DNA from: Bacteroidales bacterium
Lineage (GTDB): Bacteria > Bacteroidota > Bacteroidia > Bacteroidales > VadinHA17
Direction of reading: 5' to 3'
Assembly (NCBI GenBank): GCA_038207725.1
Contig: JBBQZN010000010.1
Span: 1,838 to 65,837 of the forward strand
Length of the DNA: 64,000 nucleotides
The notes below the pieces were generated by a model, which ran no database searches, was not told the DNA's origin, and saw only the letters and a list, made by a program, of their open reading frames with translations. How positions within the stretch are numbered: position 1 is the first letter of the stretch; every line of letters begins with the position of its first letter. Below, piece by piece: positions 48,508-58,525 of the stretch. Position numbers and translations under genes: made by a program.

Positions 48508-49389
48508 TTATTTCTTTGTTAGCATGAAGTTTGTACGACCTATAATGTTGTCATCCAGATAAAGCTCAACGCTATAGTTTCCTATAATAAAATCACCGGT
48601 ATTATCAAGGAAGATACACATTTCAACATCCTGATTCATATAGTCGACAACCCTGTTTGCTGAATAGATAATTTTATTTCCCTTATATGAGAAGAGGTTG
48701 TCGGGACTTGTTGTAATGACCAGAGAATCGGGCCTCAGCACTCTCATGTATACATCTTTTGATCCGGAAGAGGCAAGCGGGTTTTCACGGAGGGTGAAGC
48801 AGATCCTGAGTTTATCAAGCAGGTTGATTCGGCTTGTCTCTTTTCTTTTATTGTTAAGAGAAACTGCAAGTATGTTTTTTGCCTGTATAACAGAAGCAAT
48901 TTCTACCTTGGTACTAAGCTCCTCCTTAACCTTTGTAAGCACGGTATTGGTGTTTTTTACCTGCGTTATCTGCTGTTTTATTTCGGTATTTTCGGCAACA
49001 AGGACCTGGTTTCTTGTATTTAGAGAGTCGATCTGAACTATATAGCTCTTCATTATATCCCTCATTGTTGTAATCTCGCTCTTGTATCTTCTTATAAGCT
49101 GAACGTTTGATGCATTTACAGAAAGCAATTGTACGATTCTTTTTCTCTCTTTAGCCAGACCTGCATTCAGACTATCGTTATTTGTGCGGAGAGTATCATA
49201 GGCAACAATCATCTGCTTAAGTTCGTTCGCAAGCGAATCTTTTTCCTGTGTTAGAACCGTCTCCATTTCGACCATTTTGGTCTTTTGGTCGAAATATATA
49301 TACACCAGATAGGCAAGGGCAGCAGCCAGAATGATTGAAATTGCAATCATCCCCACAGGTGCGTTCTTTTTAGAGATTTGTTCAGTCAT
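48508..49389 (-). CDS. Hypothetical membrane-anchored coiled-coil protein
   Basis: One N-terminal TM segment, a long heptad-rich region, and a beta-rich C-terminal domain. I recognise no family. Confidence 0.55.
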   Translation of the reverse strand: MTEQISKKNAPVGMIAISIILAAALAYLVYIYFDQKTKMVEMETVLTQEKDSLANELKQMIVAYDTLRTNNDSLNAGLAKERKRIVQLLSVNASNVQLIRRYKSEITTMRDIMKSYIVQIDSLNTRNQVLVAENTEIKQQITQVKNTNTVLTKVKEELSTKVEIASVIQAKNILAVSLNNKRKETSRINLLDKLRICFTLRENPLASSGSKDVYMRVLRPDSLVITTSPDNLFSYKGNKIIYSANRVVDYMNQDVEMCIFLDNTGDFIIGNYSVELYLDDNIIGRTNFMLTKK

Positions 49390-49517
49390 TTATTTTCTTG
49401 TGTTTAAAAGATTTGGTATGCAAAAATAATAATATCCTAATAATATTTATAATATCCGATTCATTGATTAAATTTACAGAAGGACCATGGTTTAGTAATT
49501 AATTGATATAGAATAAT

Positions 49518-50921
49518 ATGAGTGGTTTTTTTGGTGTTATATCAAAGAGTGATTGTGTCAACGATGTGTTTTATGGAACAGACTATCATTCTCATCTTGG
49601 AACAAAACGGGCGGGCATGGTCTTTATTGTTCCGGGTAAGGGATTCAGGAGATCAATACATAACCTTGAAAACTCCTATTTCCGCACGAAATTTGAAGAT
49701 GAGCTGCCGTCATTTCAGGGTAATTCTGGACTGGGGGTAATAAGCGATACTGATCCGCAGCCCATATTGTTTAATTCACATCTTGGTCATTTTGCAATTG
49801 TTACGGTTAGTCGTCTTGTTAATCTTCCGGATATTGTTGACAGATTTCTTAAGGAGAAGAAACATTTTACCGAAAATTTCGAGGGCAATATTAATCCAAC
49901 AGAAGTAATTGCAAATCTGATTTGTGAAAAAGAGAGTTTTGAGGCAGGAATAGAATACGTTTTTGACACAATAAAAGGATCATGTTCACTACTGATACTT
50001 ACCGGCAATAGTATAATTGCAGCACGTGACCGTTTGGGCAGAACACCGGTTGTTATAGGTAAAAAAGATGGTGCTTTTGCCGCAGCTTCGGAATCTTGTT
50101 CCTTTCCTAACACCGGCTTTGAACTTGAATATTTTCTTGGTCCGGGCGAGATTGTTCACATAACTGCAGAAGGATATACACAATTGAGGGCTCCGGGTGA
50201 GAAAATGCAGATCTGTTCATTCCTATGGGTGTATTACGGATACCCGCCATCATATTACGAAGGTATCAATGTAGATCAGTGCCGTTACCGTTGCGGTGCC
50301 ACTCTTGCCAGGAGAGATAAAGTTGAGGCTGATTTTGTATGCGGAATCCCCGATTCGGGTGTAGGGCATGCAGTTGGCTATGGAAATGAAAAGGGGCTGC
50401 CATATAACAGGGCATATTCAAAATATACACCAACATGGCCCCGCAGTTTCATGCCTCAGAATCAGGGGCAGAGAGATCTGGTTGCCAAAATGAAACTTAT
50501 CCCCAACAAGGCTGTTATTAAAGACAAGAAGATGGTGTTTCTTGATGACAGTATTGTAAGAGGAACACAGCTGAAGGATAACACCCAGGACCTTCGTGCT
50601 TCAGGTGCAGCTGAGGTTCATATGAGGATTGCCTGTCCTCCATTACTCTTTGCCTGCAATTTCCTTAACTTTTCAGAATCCAGATCGATAATGGAACTTG
50701 CCGGACGAAAGGCTATTAAGCAGTTAGGGGGAGACGAAAGCGAATTAGCTGAGTACAGCGATCCCGATTCACCAAAATATGCAGCAATGGTTGCACAGAT
50801 TGCGAAAAACCTTGATCTTGATTCTCTTATATATCAGAGGCTTGATGATCTGGTACTGGCAATAGGATTACCCAAAGAAAAGTTGTGTACACATTGCTGG
50901 GATGGGACGAGTTATTATTAG
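49518..50921 (+). CDS. Amidophosphoribosyltransferase-like protein (PurF family) that lacks the N-terminal nucleophile Cys
   Basis: Ntn-amidotransferase-like N-domain plus a PRTase motif (VFLDDSIVRGTQ). The N-terminus reads MSGFFGV rather than MCG. Confidence 0.75.
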   Translation: MSGFFGVISKSDCVNDVFYGTDYHSHLGTKRAGMVFIVPGKGFRRSIHNLENSYFRTKFEDELPSFQGNSGLGVISDTDPQPILFNSHLGHFAIVTVSRLVNLPDIVDRFLKEKKHFTENFEGNINPTEVIANLICEKESFEAGIEYVFDTIKGSCSLLILTGNSIIAARDRLGRTPVVIGKKDGAFAAASESCSFPNTGFELEYFLGPGEIVHITAEGYTQLRAPGEKMQICSFLWVYYGYPPSYYEGINVDQCRYRCGATLARRDKVEADFVCGIPDSGVGHAVGYGNEKGLPYNRAYSKYTPTWPRSFMPQNQGQRDLVAKMKLIPNKAVIKDKKMVFLDDSIVRGTQLKDNTQDLRASGAAEVHMRIACPPLLFACNFLNFSESRSIMELAGRKAIKQLGGDESELAEYSDPDSPKYAAMVAQIAKNLDLDSLIYQRLDDLVLAIGLPKEKLCTHCWDGTSYY

Positions 50922-50950
50922 TGCAGGGAGCTCCGCTCCTTCGGCTCCGC

Positions 50951-51742
50951 TCAGCATGAAAGATAAGGAGTAAATAGCTCCGGATCAACTGATTTTAGCT
51001 TTTCTTTTGTGGCTTTATAGCCTAATTCAAAAAGGTCTTCAGCCTTTTCGGGGTCGAGAATTTTAAAATTGCTAAGTTCGGGCGGGGCAATCAGAAGGTG
51101 AATTTTTTTTGATTTTTCCATTATCTCCTTCGACATGTTAAGCATAAAAACTCTTTCGGCGATACTTATAAGTCCATTTATTTTGTCAATATATCCAACC
51201 GGATTTACAAATGATCCAATAAGTACGCGGCATATATCTTCAATGGGTTTAACTGGCAGATTATCGAGAACTCCGCCATCGACATAGCAAATATTGTTTA
51301 TTATAACAGGTTGAAAAAGAACAGGGATGCTTGCAGAGGCAATAACCGGGTCAATAAGTTCGCCGGTGTTAAAATAAACAGCTTTTCCGTTATTGAGATC
51401 TGTGGCAGTTACAGACAAGGGGATTTTAAGATCCTCAAAAGTCTTTGCCCGTAGAGAGCTTTTTAGAATTTTAACAACTCCTCCGATCTGAAGCAATCCT
51501 TCGCGCGGCAGGGCGGGCCTCATAAAATCAAGCCGGCTTCCGTGGCTTAGCAGTTTGAGAATTTCATCCGGCTTATAACCATCGGCATAAAGTACACCAA
51601 CGAGTGCTCCTGCGCTAGTTCCGGAAATAATATCAGGATAGATTCCTGCCTCATTAAGGGCACTTAATACACCCAGGTGTGCGAAACCGCGTGCCCCGCC
51701 ACCACTTAAAACCAAACCGATGTTATATTTTTTATCCGGCAT
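50951..51742 (-). CDS. Patatin-like phospholipase
   Basis: Oxyanion motif GLVLSGGGARG, serine lipase motif GTSAGA, and a catalytic-Asp motif (VDGGVLDN). Confidence 0.9.
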   Translation of the reverse strand: MPDKKYNIGLVLSGGGARGFAHLGVLSALNEAGIYPDIISGTSAGALVGVLYADGYKPDEILKLLSHGSRLDFMRPALPREGLLQIGGVVKILKSSLRAKTFEDLKIPLSVTATDLNNGKAVYFNTGELIDPVIASASIPVLFQPVIINNICYVDGGVLDNLPVKPIEDICRVLIGSFVNPVGYIDKINGLISIAERVFMLNMSKEIMEKSKKIHLLIAPPELSNFKILDPEKAEDLFELGYKATKEKLKSVDPELFTPYLSC

Positions 51743-51748
51743 AATATT

Positions 51749-53038
51749 TCAGAAGATAATATCGTATAATAATTTAAGATTCAGAAATGTCACAATTGCC
51801 GCAATAAATGATAAAAGGCCAACCAGAAAACGAGAGTTTGCATATTTACCCATAACTTTTTTTGATGAAGTAAGGTAGATCTGTATTGCGACAGTAAATG
51901 GAAGTTGTATGCTCAGAAATACCTGCGATAAAATAAGTCCCTTAAAAGGATCGCCAACAAAAAAGATGATTACCAAAGCACCGACAAGCGATACAAGCAC
52001 CCCAATTCTCGAGTGGTTGTCATTTATATCATACGGTTCTTTGTACATTCCCGATACAATCGAACCGCCGGCCATTCCGGAGGTAATTGATGACGCAATT
52101 CCGGCGAGAAGAAGAGCAAGGGCAAAAATTACCGACGCACTGTTTCCCACAAGGGGCTCGAGAAGACTTTTTGCCTGCTGCAACTCACTTACCGACTGGC
52201 CGTTTTTAAAGAATGTAGCTGCGGCAAGAATAATCATTGCACTGTTTATTGCCCAGCCGATAATCATAGAGAAAAGGGTATCTGCGAATTCGAATTTCAG
52301 CTGTTTTTTAATTATCGATTCGTCCTGGAGATTCCATTGCCGGCTCTGTATCACCTCTGAATGAAGGAAGAGATTGTGAGGCATAACAACGGCGCCAAGC
52401 ACACTCATAAGAAGAAGCATCGATCCTTCAGGTATAGAGGGTTTAACCCATGCCACACCTGCGGCTGCCCAGTCAACATCAATAAGGAATAGCTCATAAA
52501 GGAAAGAGATACCTATAAGAGAAACAAAACCGATTATCCATTTTTCAATCTTGCTATACGAATTTGTCAGCAGCATTATTAAAACAAATATTGTAACCAG
52601 AACAGCACCGGCTTTAATAGGGATGTCAAAGAGCATGTTCAATGCAATTGAGGCCCCAAGGATCTCCGCCAGAGATGTTGATACTGATGCAAGTACAGCA
52701 AAAGAGAGTATTGATTTTGATATTTTTGGATGTATGTAGATTGTTGCTGCTTCTGAAAGACACAAGCCTGTGGCAATGCCCAGGTGGGCAACGTTATGCT
52801 GAAGGATTATCAGCATAATTGTTGATAAGGTAACTATCCATAGAAGTGTATACCCATAATCTGAGCCGGTAGCGATATTTGCTGCCCAGTTTCCAGGATC
52901 GATGAATCCGACAGTAACTAACAGACCGGGACCAATATACTTGAAGATATCCAGAGCTCCGTAAGTAGGAGTGTGGTCTGTCCTTTTCAGATCTTTAATT
53001 AATCCCAGACTATTAAATATTTTTTTAATATTTAACAT
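51749..53038 (-). CDS. mntH: Nramp-family divalent metal (Mn2+/Fe2+) transporter
   Basis: DPGNWAANIATGS motif and about 11 TM segments. Confidence 0.9.
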   Translation of the reverse strand: MLNIKKIFNSLGLIKDLKRTDHTPTYGALDIFKYIGPGLLVTVGFIDPGNWAANIATGSDYGYTLLWIVTLSTIMLIILQHNVAHLGIATGLCLSEAATIYIHPKISKSILSFAVLASVSTSLAEILGASIALNMLFDIPIKAGAVLVTIFVLIMLLTNSYSKIEKWIIGFVSLIGISFLYELFLIDVDWAAAGVAWVKPSIPEGSMLLLMSVLGAVVMPHNLFLHSEVIQSRQWNLQDESIIKKQLKFEFADTLFSMIIGWAINSAMIILAAATFFKNGQSVSELQQAKSLLEPLVGNSASVIFALALLLAGIASSITSGMAGGSIVSGMYKEPYDINDNHSRIGVLVSLVGALVIIFFVGDPFKGLILSQVFLSIQLPFTVAIQIYLTSSKKVMGKYANSRFLVGLLSFIAAIVTFLNLKLLYDIIF

Positions 53039-53093
53039 TTTGAATCTGTTAGAAATTCATTTTTAACTTCTATTAATGACAATGCCGTCATAG

Positions 53094-53101
53094 CAAAGAT
53101 A
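53094..53101 (-). promoter_or_regulatory. Candidate -7 box TAtcTTTG for mntH
   Basis: The reverse complement of caaagata matches TAnnTTTG about 56 nt upstream of the ATG at 53038. Confidence 0.4.
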
Positions 53102-53176
53102 ATCAAAGGTGCTGTAAAAATTACGTATAATTTTTTAGCTTTATACCCACATATCAATGGTGTTGTAATTATTTTT

Positions 53177-53282
53177 AACCGCGAGAACGCTGAGTTTTTC
53201 GAACCGCAGAGAAAATAATTGAGAACCGCTGAGCGAAATGTATATTTAATTATAGAGGCCCTACGCTGTCTCTGCGCAACTC
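53177..53282. repeat. Cluster of short GC-rich repeats of the (G)AACCGC-N-GAG(A) / CTCTGCG type. Three are direct and one is inverted.
   Basis: aaccgcgagaa (53177), gaaccgcagagaa (53201), gagaaccgctgagcg (53221) and the inverted ctgtctctgcgcaac (53266). Confidence 0.6.
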
Positions 53283-53329
53283 GTTAAAAATGATTTTAAT
53301 AATTGAAAATATATCTAATACTTCAGATC

Positions 53330-53620
53330 ATGCAATTTATCTTAATGGGTTATGACGGTAAGGATGAAGGAGCTCTTGACAGAAGGATGGCTGTCAGGGG
53401 TGAGCATCTGGCAAAAGTAGAAATTTTAAAAAAAAGCGGTGAGTTTTTATTCGGGGGAGCAATACTTGATGATGACGGCAAAATGATCGGGTCGGTGATA
53501 GTATATGAGTTTCCTGACCGCGATGCTCTGGATCAAAAGCTTTTAGATGAACCCTATATAACAAATGGTGTCTGGAAGAAGATTGTGATTCATCCCTTCA
53601 GGCTGGCAAAACATAATTAA
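53330..53620 (+). CDS. YciI-family protein
   Basis: About 96 aa with MQFILMGYDG...RGEHL...GGAILDD...VIVYEF, typical of the YciI fold. The TTG at 53303 is less likely. Confidence 0.7.
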   Translation: MQFILMGYDGKDEGALDRRMAVRGEHLAKVEILKKSGEFLFGGAILDDDGKMIGSVIVYEFPDRDALDQKLLDEPYITNGVWKKIVIHPFRLAKHN

Positions 53621-53637
53621 AAGCTATCTGAGATATT

Positions 53638-54249
53638 TCAGGGGGCAAGTCTCTGAATCAGCCATTTATCGTCTTTTCTGGAATAGCTTATGCGGTCGTG
53701 AAGCCTGTGTTTGCCGTCCTGCCAGAATTCGAACCAGTCGGGAATTATTCTGAAACCTCCCCAGAACTCAGGTTTTACAACAACATTCCCTTTGTATTTT
53801 TCAGAGAACAGTTCAAACCTGTTTTCCAGATAGCTTCTGCCGGGAACCGTCGAACCTTGTTCGCTGGCCCATGCTGAAATCTGACTTTCCCTTGACCGGG
53901 AATGGAAATATAAAACTGATTCCTCCTCAGTAACTTTTTTTGCGACACCCTCTATTCTTACCTGTCTGCCCGATTCTGGCCAGTAGAAGAGCATGGCAAC
54001 ATTGGGGTTTGATTCAATCTGGCAACCCTTCTTACTTTTATAGTTAGTAAAGAAAACAAAACCCTCTTCATTATATTCCTTAAGAAGAACGGTTCTGACA
54101 GAAACCCTGCCTTCTGTTGATGCTGTTGCCAGACTTACGCTTTCAGGAATATGAATACCTGATTCCAGATGATTTTTGTACCATCTGCCGAACTGAACAA
54201 AAGGACTTAAGGCCAGCTCTTTTTCTGATAAAAATGGAGAATCGGACAT
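53638..54249 (-). CDS. pdxH: Pyridoxamine 5'-phosphate oxidase
   Basis: Motifs RTVLLK, RQVRIEG, and the C-terminal WGGFRI.P...EFWQ....RLHDR. Confidence 0.9.
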   Translation of the reverse strand: MSDSPFLSEKELALSPFVQFGRWYKNHLESGIHIPESVSLATASTEGRVSVRTVLLKEYNEEGFVFFTNYKSKKGCQIESNPNVAMLFYWPESGRQVRIEGVAKKVTEEESVLYFHSRSRESQISAWASEQGSTVPGRSYLENRFELFSEKYKGNVVVKPEFWGGFRIIPDWFEFWQDGKHRLHDRISYSRKDDKWLIQRLAP

Positions 54250-54359
54250 CAGCTATAATTAATTGTTCTACATTAATAACAGACAGGCAAAACCATTGTT
54301 TAGAACATGGTGAAATAAAAATTATTTATATATCTTAATCCCAAATAAATTTCATACAC

Positions 54360-55943
54360 ATGAATACAAAAATACTTTACCGCGGAGCAATCCTGCTACT
54401 TGCAATTATTACAATGGCATTTCAGAATTCCTGCACTGCAGAAGCACCTTCTGACATTACGGCACCAGGGATTATCCCAAAACCTGTTTCTGTTACAGCA
54501 ACAGGTAAATATTTTACTGTAAAACCAGCCACTTCAATTTTTATTCAGGGAGAAACTCCTGAAGTTCAGCAGATTGCTGCTTATCTGGCAGGGAAACTAT
54601 CTCCGGCTACCGGATTTGGATTGAAAGTAAAAAGTACTTCTGTTACACCCAAAAAGGGGAATATTTATCTCAATCTTACCCCGGGAAATGAAAAACTCGG
54701 AGAGGAAGGCTATGAGCTTATAGTTACAGATAAACTTCTTACTCTGACTGCCGCGACACCTGCAGGACTATTCAGGGGAGTACAGACAATAAGACAACTT
54801 CTTCCGGCAAAAATTGAGCTTGCCTCAAAGCAGGCCGGACCATGGAAGATTGCAACAGGGACAATTACAGATTTCCCTGACTATTCGTACAGGGGAGCCA
54901 TGCTCGATGTATGCCGTCATTTTTTCGGAGTTGAGGATGTAAAAAGATACATTGACTTCCTTGCATATTACAAGATGAATGCACTTCATCTTCATCTTTC
55001 CGACGATCAGGGCTGGAGGATTGAAATTAAGTCGTGGCCGAATCTTACACAAATAGGAGGTAGTACGCAAGTCGGCGGGGGTAAAGGCGGGTTTTATACC
55101 CAGGAGCAGTATACTGAAATTGTTAAGTATGCCGGAGAAAGGTATATTATGATTGTCCCGGAAATTGATATGCCGGGACATACAAATGCGGCACTGGCTT
55201 CATATCCTGAACTTAACTGTGACGACAAGGCTACAGAACTGTATACAGGAACACGTGTCGGATTCAGCTCGCTATGTACAAAAAAGGAGATCACTTATAA
55301 GTTTCTCGATGACGTTATCAGGGAGCTTGCTGCAATAACACCCGGACCATATATTCACATTGGAGGAGATGAGTCGCATTCAACAAAGAAGGAAGATTAT
55401 ATCCCGTTTATTTTAAGAGTTCAGGATATAGTTTTGTCACATGGCAAAAAGGTTATGGGCTGGGACGACATAGCTATTTCGACTCTGAAACCCGGGGTTG
55501 TTGCACAGATGTGGGCAAACGTAAAAAATGCCAATCTGGCTGTTTCACAGGGGGCTAAAATACTTATGTCGCCTGCCGCAAAGGCATATCTTGACATGCA
55601 GTATGATTCAACAACAACACTCGGATTGCACTGGGCTGGCTATATAGAAGTTGACAAAGGGTACAACTGGGATCCGGCAACAATTGCACCGGGCATTGGC
55701 AGGGAAAGCGTCTTCGGAATTGAGGCTCCGCTATGGACAGAGACCATTACAAATATGGAGGAGATGGAATATATGGTATTCCCGCGTCTTCCCGGTTATG
55801 CTGAAATCGGCTGGACAGCACCTTCGGCCAGATCATGGGATGAGTATAAAGTCAGACTAGGAAATCATAGTGAGAGGCTCAAGGCTATGGATATTAATTT
55901 CTATCCATCGAAGCTTGTTCCGTGGGATGGGGTAAGGAAGTAA
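54360..55943 (+). CDS. Beta-N-acetylhexosaminidase (GH20), secreted
   Basis: Catalytic region HLHLSDDQGWR and IGGDE, with a signal peptide. Confidence 0.9.
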   Translation: MNTKILYRGAILLLAIITMAFQNSCTAEAPSDITAPGIIPKPVSVTATGKYFTVKPATSIFIQGETPEVQQIAAYLAGKLSPATGFGLKVKSTSVTPKKGNIYLNLTPGNEKLGEEGYELIVTDKLLTLTAATPAGLFRGVQTIRQLLPAKIELASKQAGPWKIATGTITDFPDYSYRGAMLDVCRHFFGVEDVKRYIDFLAYYKMNALHLHLSDDQGWRIEIKSWPNLTQIGGSTQVGGGKGGFYTQEQYTEIVKYAGERYIMIVPEIDMPGHTNAALASYPELNCDDKATELYTGTRVGFSSLCTKKEITYKFLDDVIRELAAITPGPYIHIGGDESHSTKKEDYIPFILRVQDIVLSHGKKVMGWDDIAISTLKPGVVAQMWANVKNANLAVSQGAKILMSPAAKAYLDMQYDSTTTLGLHWAGYIEVDKGYNWDPATIAPGIGRESVFGIEAPLWTETITNMEEMEYMVFPRLPGYAEIGWTAPSARSWDEYKVRLGNHSERLKAMDINFYPSKLVPWDGVRK

Positions 55944-56345
55944 AACCCCTCCTTGCCCCCCGAAGGGGAGAAAAAATTCGTTAATATTCAAATAGATACA
56001 TCAATAAAGGGGGCTTTTTGAATATCAGTTGCTTTTTGAATTCTCCATTTGTGTGATATGGGGCTATCAGCCACTTTTCAGATAGGGCCGTCGTTTACTA
56101 AAAATAGTTAAATATTTATTAAAACTGCATTCAACGTACTGATTGATTTGGTTTTGACAACTCCCTTAATTACATTTGGCAAAACACGAAACAAGATGCA
56201 TGATAAGAAATATCCCCATTTGAGATCCGTCCCGGAGTCAGGCACGTTTAAAATGCTAATATACAGTTTCCAAACAGCGGGCATAACAGAACAAATATTG
56301 ATTTAGGAATTTCAATCATTTTGTAAATATAAAACCACTTCTTTT

Positions 56346-57599
56346 ATGAAAACTATCTGTCAGAAAACGCTCATAATCCTTGTTCTTCTTACAACATCAT
56401 TATCTGCACTTTTCAGTCAGCTTTATGAATGGAGAGGACCTGACAGAAGCGGTATTTATAATGAAACAGGCTTACTTAAAAAATGGCCCCAGGGCGGACC
56501 AAAACTTCTCTGGGAATATGAGGCATCGGGATTTGGATACTCACAACCACTTGTAACGGATGATGCCGTTTATATTACAGGAAGGAAAGACAAATCAGAT
56601 GTTCTGACTGCCCTTACCCTTGATGGTAAAAAGAAATGGGAGATAGCTTATGGTAATGCATGGACAGCAAATCACGACGGATCGAGATGCACACCTACAT
56701 ATTATAAGGGAAATCTTTTCCTGATAAGCGGAAGCGGGGATATCGTTTGTGTTAGCAGTGACGGAAAGATAAAATGGACAAAAAACCATTATGTTTTATA
56801 CGATAGTAAGCCAATTATGTTTGGCATAAGTGAGTCTCCGCTTGTAATTGACAACATGGTAATTGCATCTCCCGGCGGTAAAAAAGCCTCAGTTGTTGCA
56901 TTCAGCATTTCCGACGGGAAGGTGCTATGGGAGGCTGCTCCTTTTGCTGAGGAGGGTCCGATGTATATAAATCCAAAGCTCGTAGAGCATGGTGGAAAGA
57001 AAATGATTGTGAGTGTTATGGGACAGCACATATTTGCAGTTGACTCGAAAGATGGAAAGATTCTCTGGACAATTGATTATGCTGCTGTGAATGCAGGTAC
57101 CGGAAGAGTTATGAAAAATCATGCTATTACACCATTATATAAAGATGGATATATTCTCATAGCAAACGGATACAGCTGGGTTTCACTTAAGCTTAAATTA
57201 TCGGCTGACGGCACCTCTGTTGAGACAGTATGGGAAAACAGAAATTTTGACCCTCAGCATGGCGGAGTTGTTCTCCTTGGCAATTATATTTATGGAAGTA
57301 CACACACAAATAAGCCGGTTGATAGCTGGACATGTGTTGACTGGACAACAGGAAAAACCCTTTGGACGGAGAAGTGGATAAGTCGCGGATCGATGATCTC
57401 TGCAGACGGAATGTTGTATCTGTATGAGGAGAAATCAGGAAACGTGGCTCTTGTAAACCCTAATCCTGCCAAACTTGATATCGTCAGCGAGTTTCAGATA
57501 ACAAAAGGATCTGGCCCCTTCTGGGCACATCCTTCAATAAGTAAAGGGAAATTATATATCAGGCACGGAGATGCCCTTATGGTTTATCAGATAAAATAG
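56346..57599 (+). CDS. PQQ-like (BamB-type) beta-propeller repeat protein, secreted
   Basis: Signal peptide and repeated G.(I/L/V)...D...GK..W propeller blades. Confidence 0.75.
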   Translation: MKTICQKTLIILVLLTTSLSALFSQLYEWRGPDRSGIYNETGLLKKWPQGGPKLLWEYEASGFGYSQPLVTDDAVYITGRKDKSDVLTALTLDGKKKWEIAYGNAWTANHDGSRCTPTYYKGNLFLISGSGDIVCVSSDGKIKWTKNHYVLYDSKPIMFGISESPLVIDNMVIASPGGKKASVVAFSISDGKVLWEAAPFAEEGPMYINPKLVEHGGKKMIVSVMGQHIFAVDSKDGKILWTIDYAAVNAGTGRVMKNHAITPLYKDGYILIANGYSWVSLKLKLSADGTSVETVWENRNFDPQHGGVVLLGNYIYGSTHTNKPVDSWTCVDWTTGKTLWTEKWISRGSMISADGMLYLYEEKSGNVALVNPNPAKLDIVSEFQITKGSGPFWAHPSISKGKLYIRHGDALMVYQIK

Positions 57600-57623
57600 A
57601 GTACCGGATCTTCTTGCCCATTA

Positions 57624-57649
57624 ATTCCTTAGCCGTCAAGCTAAGGAAT
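57624..57649 (+). terminator. 10-bp-stem hairpin (attccttagc / gctaaggaat) 25 nt after the stop of the propeller gene
   Basis: Inverted repeat read directly. No clear U-run follows, so terminator function is uncertain. Confidence 0.3.
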
Positions 57650-57860
57650 CTGAAAATGCTATAATAAAACAGATTATGCGGGCATAATTACTTAATAATT
57701 GAATATGGTCCGAAAATAATACTCTCCTTCAAAAGGGGGAGAGTTTTCAATTTCTTTAAGTTTCAATACTATGCTTAGCTTGACGGTGGGGGGATTTAGG
57801 GGCTCTTAATTGAATGTAGCTTTTGAGACATCTTCTTTTTTTATTCGTATTTTTGCAAAA

Positions 57861-58520
57861 ATGAAAGCAAAAATGAAAGCAATAATAGCAGGGTCAACAG
57901 GGCTTGTCGGGGATCTGATTCTTAAAGAAATTCTGAATGACAACGATTTTTCGGAAGTGAGGATTTTTGTCAGGAAAAGCACAGGCATTGTGAATCCCAA
58001 ACTGATAGAAATTGTCAGTCCGATGACAGATATAGATGCCCTGAGTTCTGAAATTAAGGGAGATGTTCTTTTTAATGCGCTTGGTACAACAATAAAACAG
58101 GCCGGTAGTCAGAGAGAGCAGCAGCGGATCGATCGCGATTTACCAATAGCTTTTGCAAGGAATGCATCGAAAAACGGAGTGAAGATGATGCTAAATATCT
58201 CAAGTGTGGGGTCAAGCAGTACGGGCAATTTTTACCTTAAAACGAAAGCTGAAATGGAAAAGGGTACTGAAGACTTTTTTCCCGGAAACACATTTCATTT
58301 CAGACCGGGATTCTTAATCGGGAAGCGAAAAGATTTCAGGCTGGCTGAGAAGATTGCCTTTGTTTTTGTTAAGGTGATCGATCCGATGTTAACAGGCTAT
58401 TATAAAAAATTCAGGAGCATGCCTGCAGATAAACTTGCAAAGGCGATGGTAAGCCTGAGTAAAAATTCACAGGGAAAGCCGTCTGTTCTGTATTACAGGG
58501 AAATAATGCAGTGTATCTGA
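57861..58520 (+). CDS. NAD(P)H-binding Rossmann-fold oxidoreductase (atypical SDR, HTATIP2/NmrA-like)
   Basis: MKAIIAGSTGLVGD glycine-rich motif. The ATG at 57861 or 57873 is preferred over the TTG at 57810. Confidence 0.7.
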   Translation: MKAKMKAIIAGSTGLVGDLILKEILNDNDFSEVRIFVRKSTGIVNPKLIEIVSPMTDIDALSSEIKGDVLFNALGTTIKQAGSQREQQRIDRDLPIAFARNASKNGVKMMLNISSVGSSSTGNFYLKTKAEMEKGTEDFFPGNTFHFRPGFLIGKRKDFRLAEKIAFVFVKVIDPMLTGYYKKFRSMPADKLAKAMVSLSKNSQGKPSVLYYREIMQCI

Positions 58521-58525
58521 ACGGT

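Noticed and set aside
53039-53302. Possible Mn-sensing yybP-ykoY riboswitch in the mntH leader.
   Set aside because: I could not find the conserved GGGGAGUAG-type core on the mntH sense strand. In addition, the candidate -7 box at 53094-53101 leaves only about a 50-nt leader, and the GC-rich repeats lie upstream of it.
55946-55975. GC-rich mini-hairpin (cccct...agggg / cccc-gaa-gggg) after the GH20 gene, considered as an intrinsic terminator.
   Set aside because: The stem is only 4-5 bp, and on the sense strand it is followed by an A-run rather than a U-run. I left it as one of the dispersed GC-rich islands and did not annotate it as a terminator.
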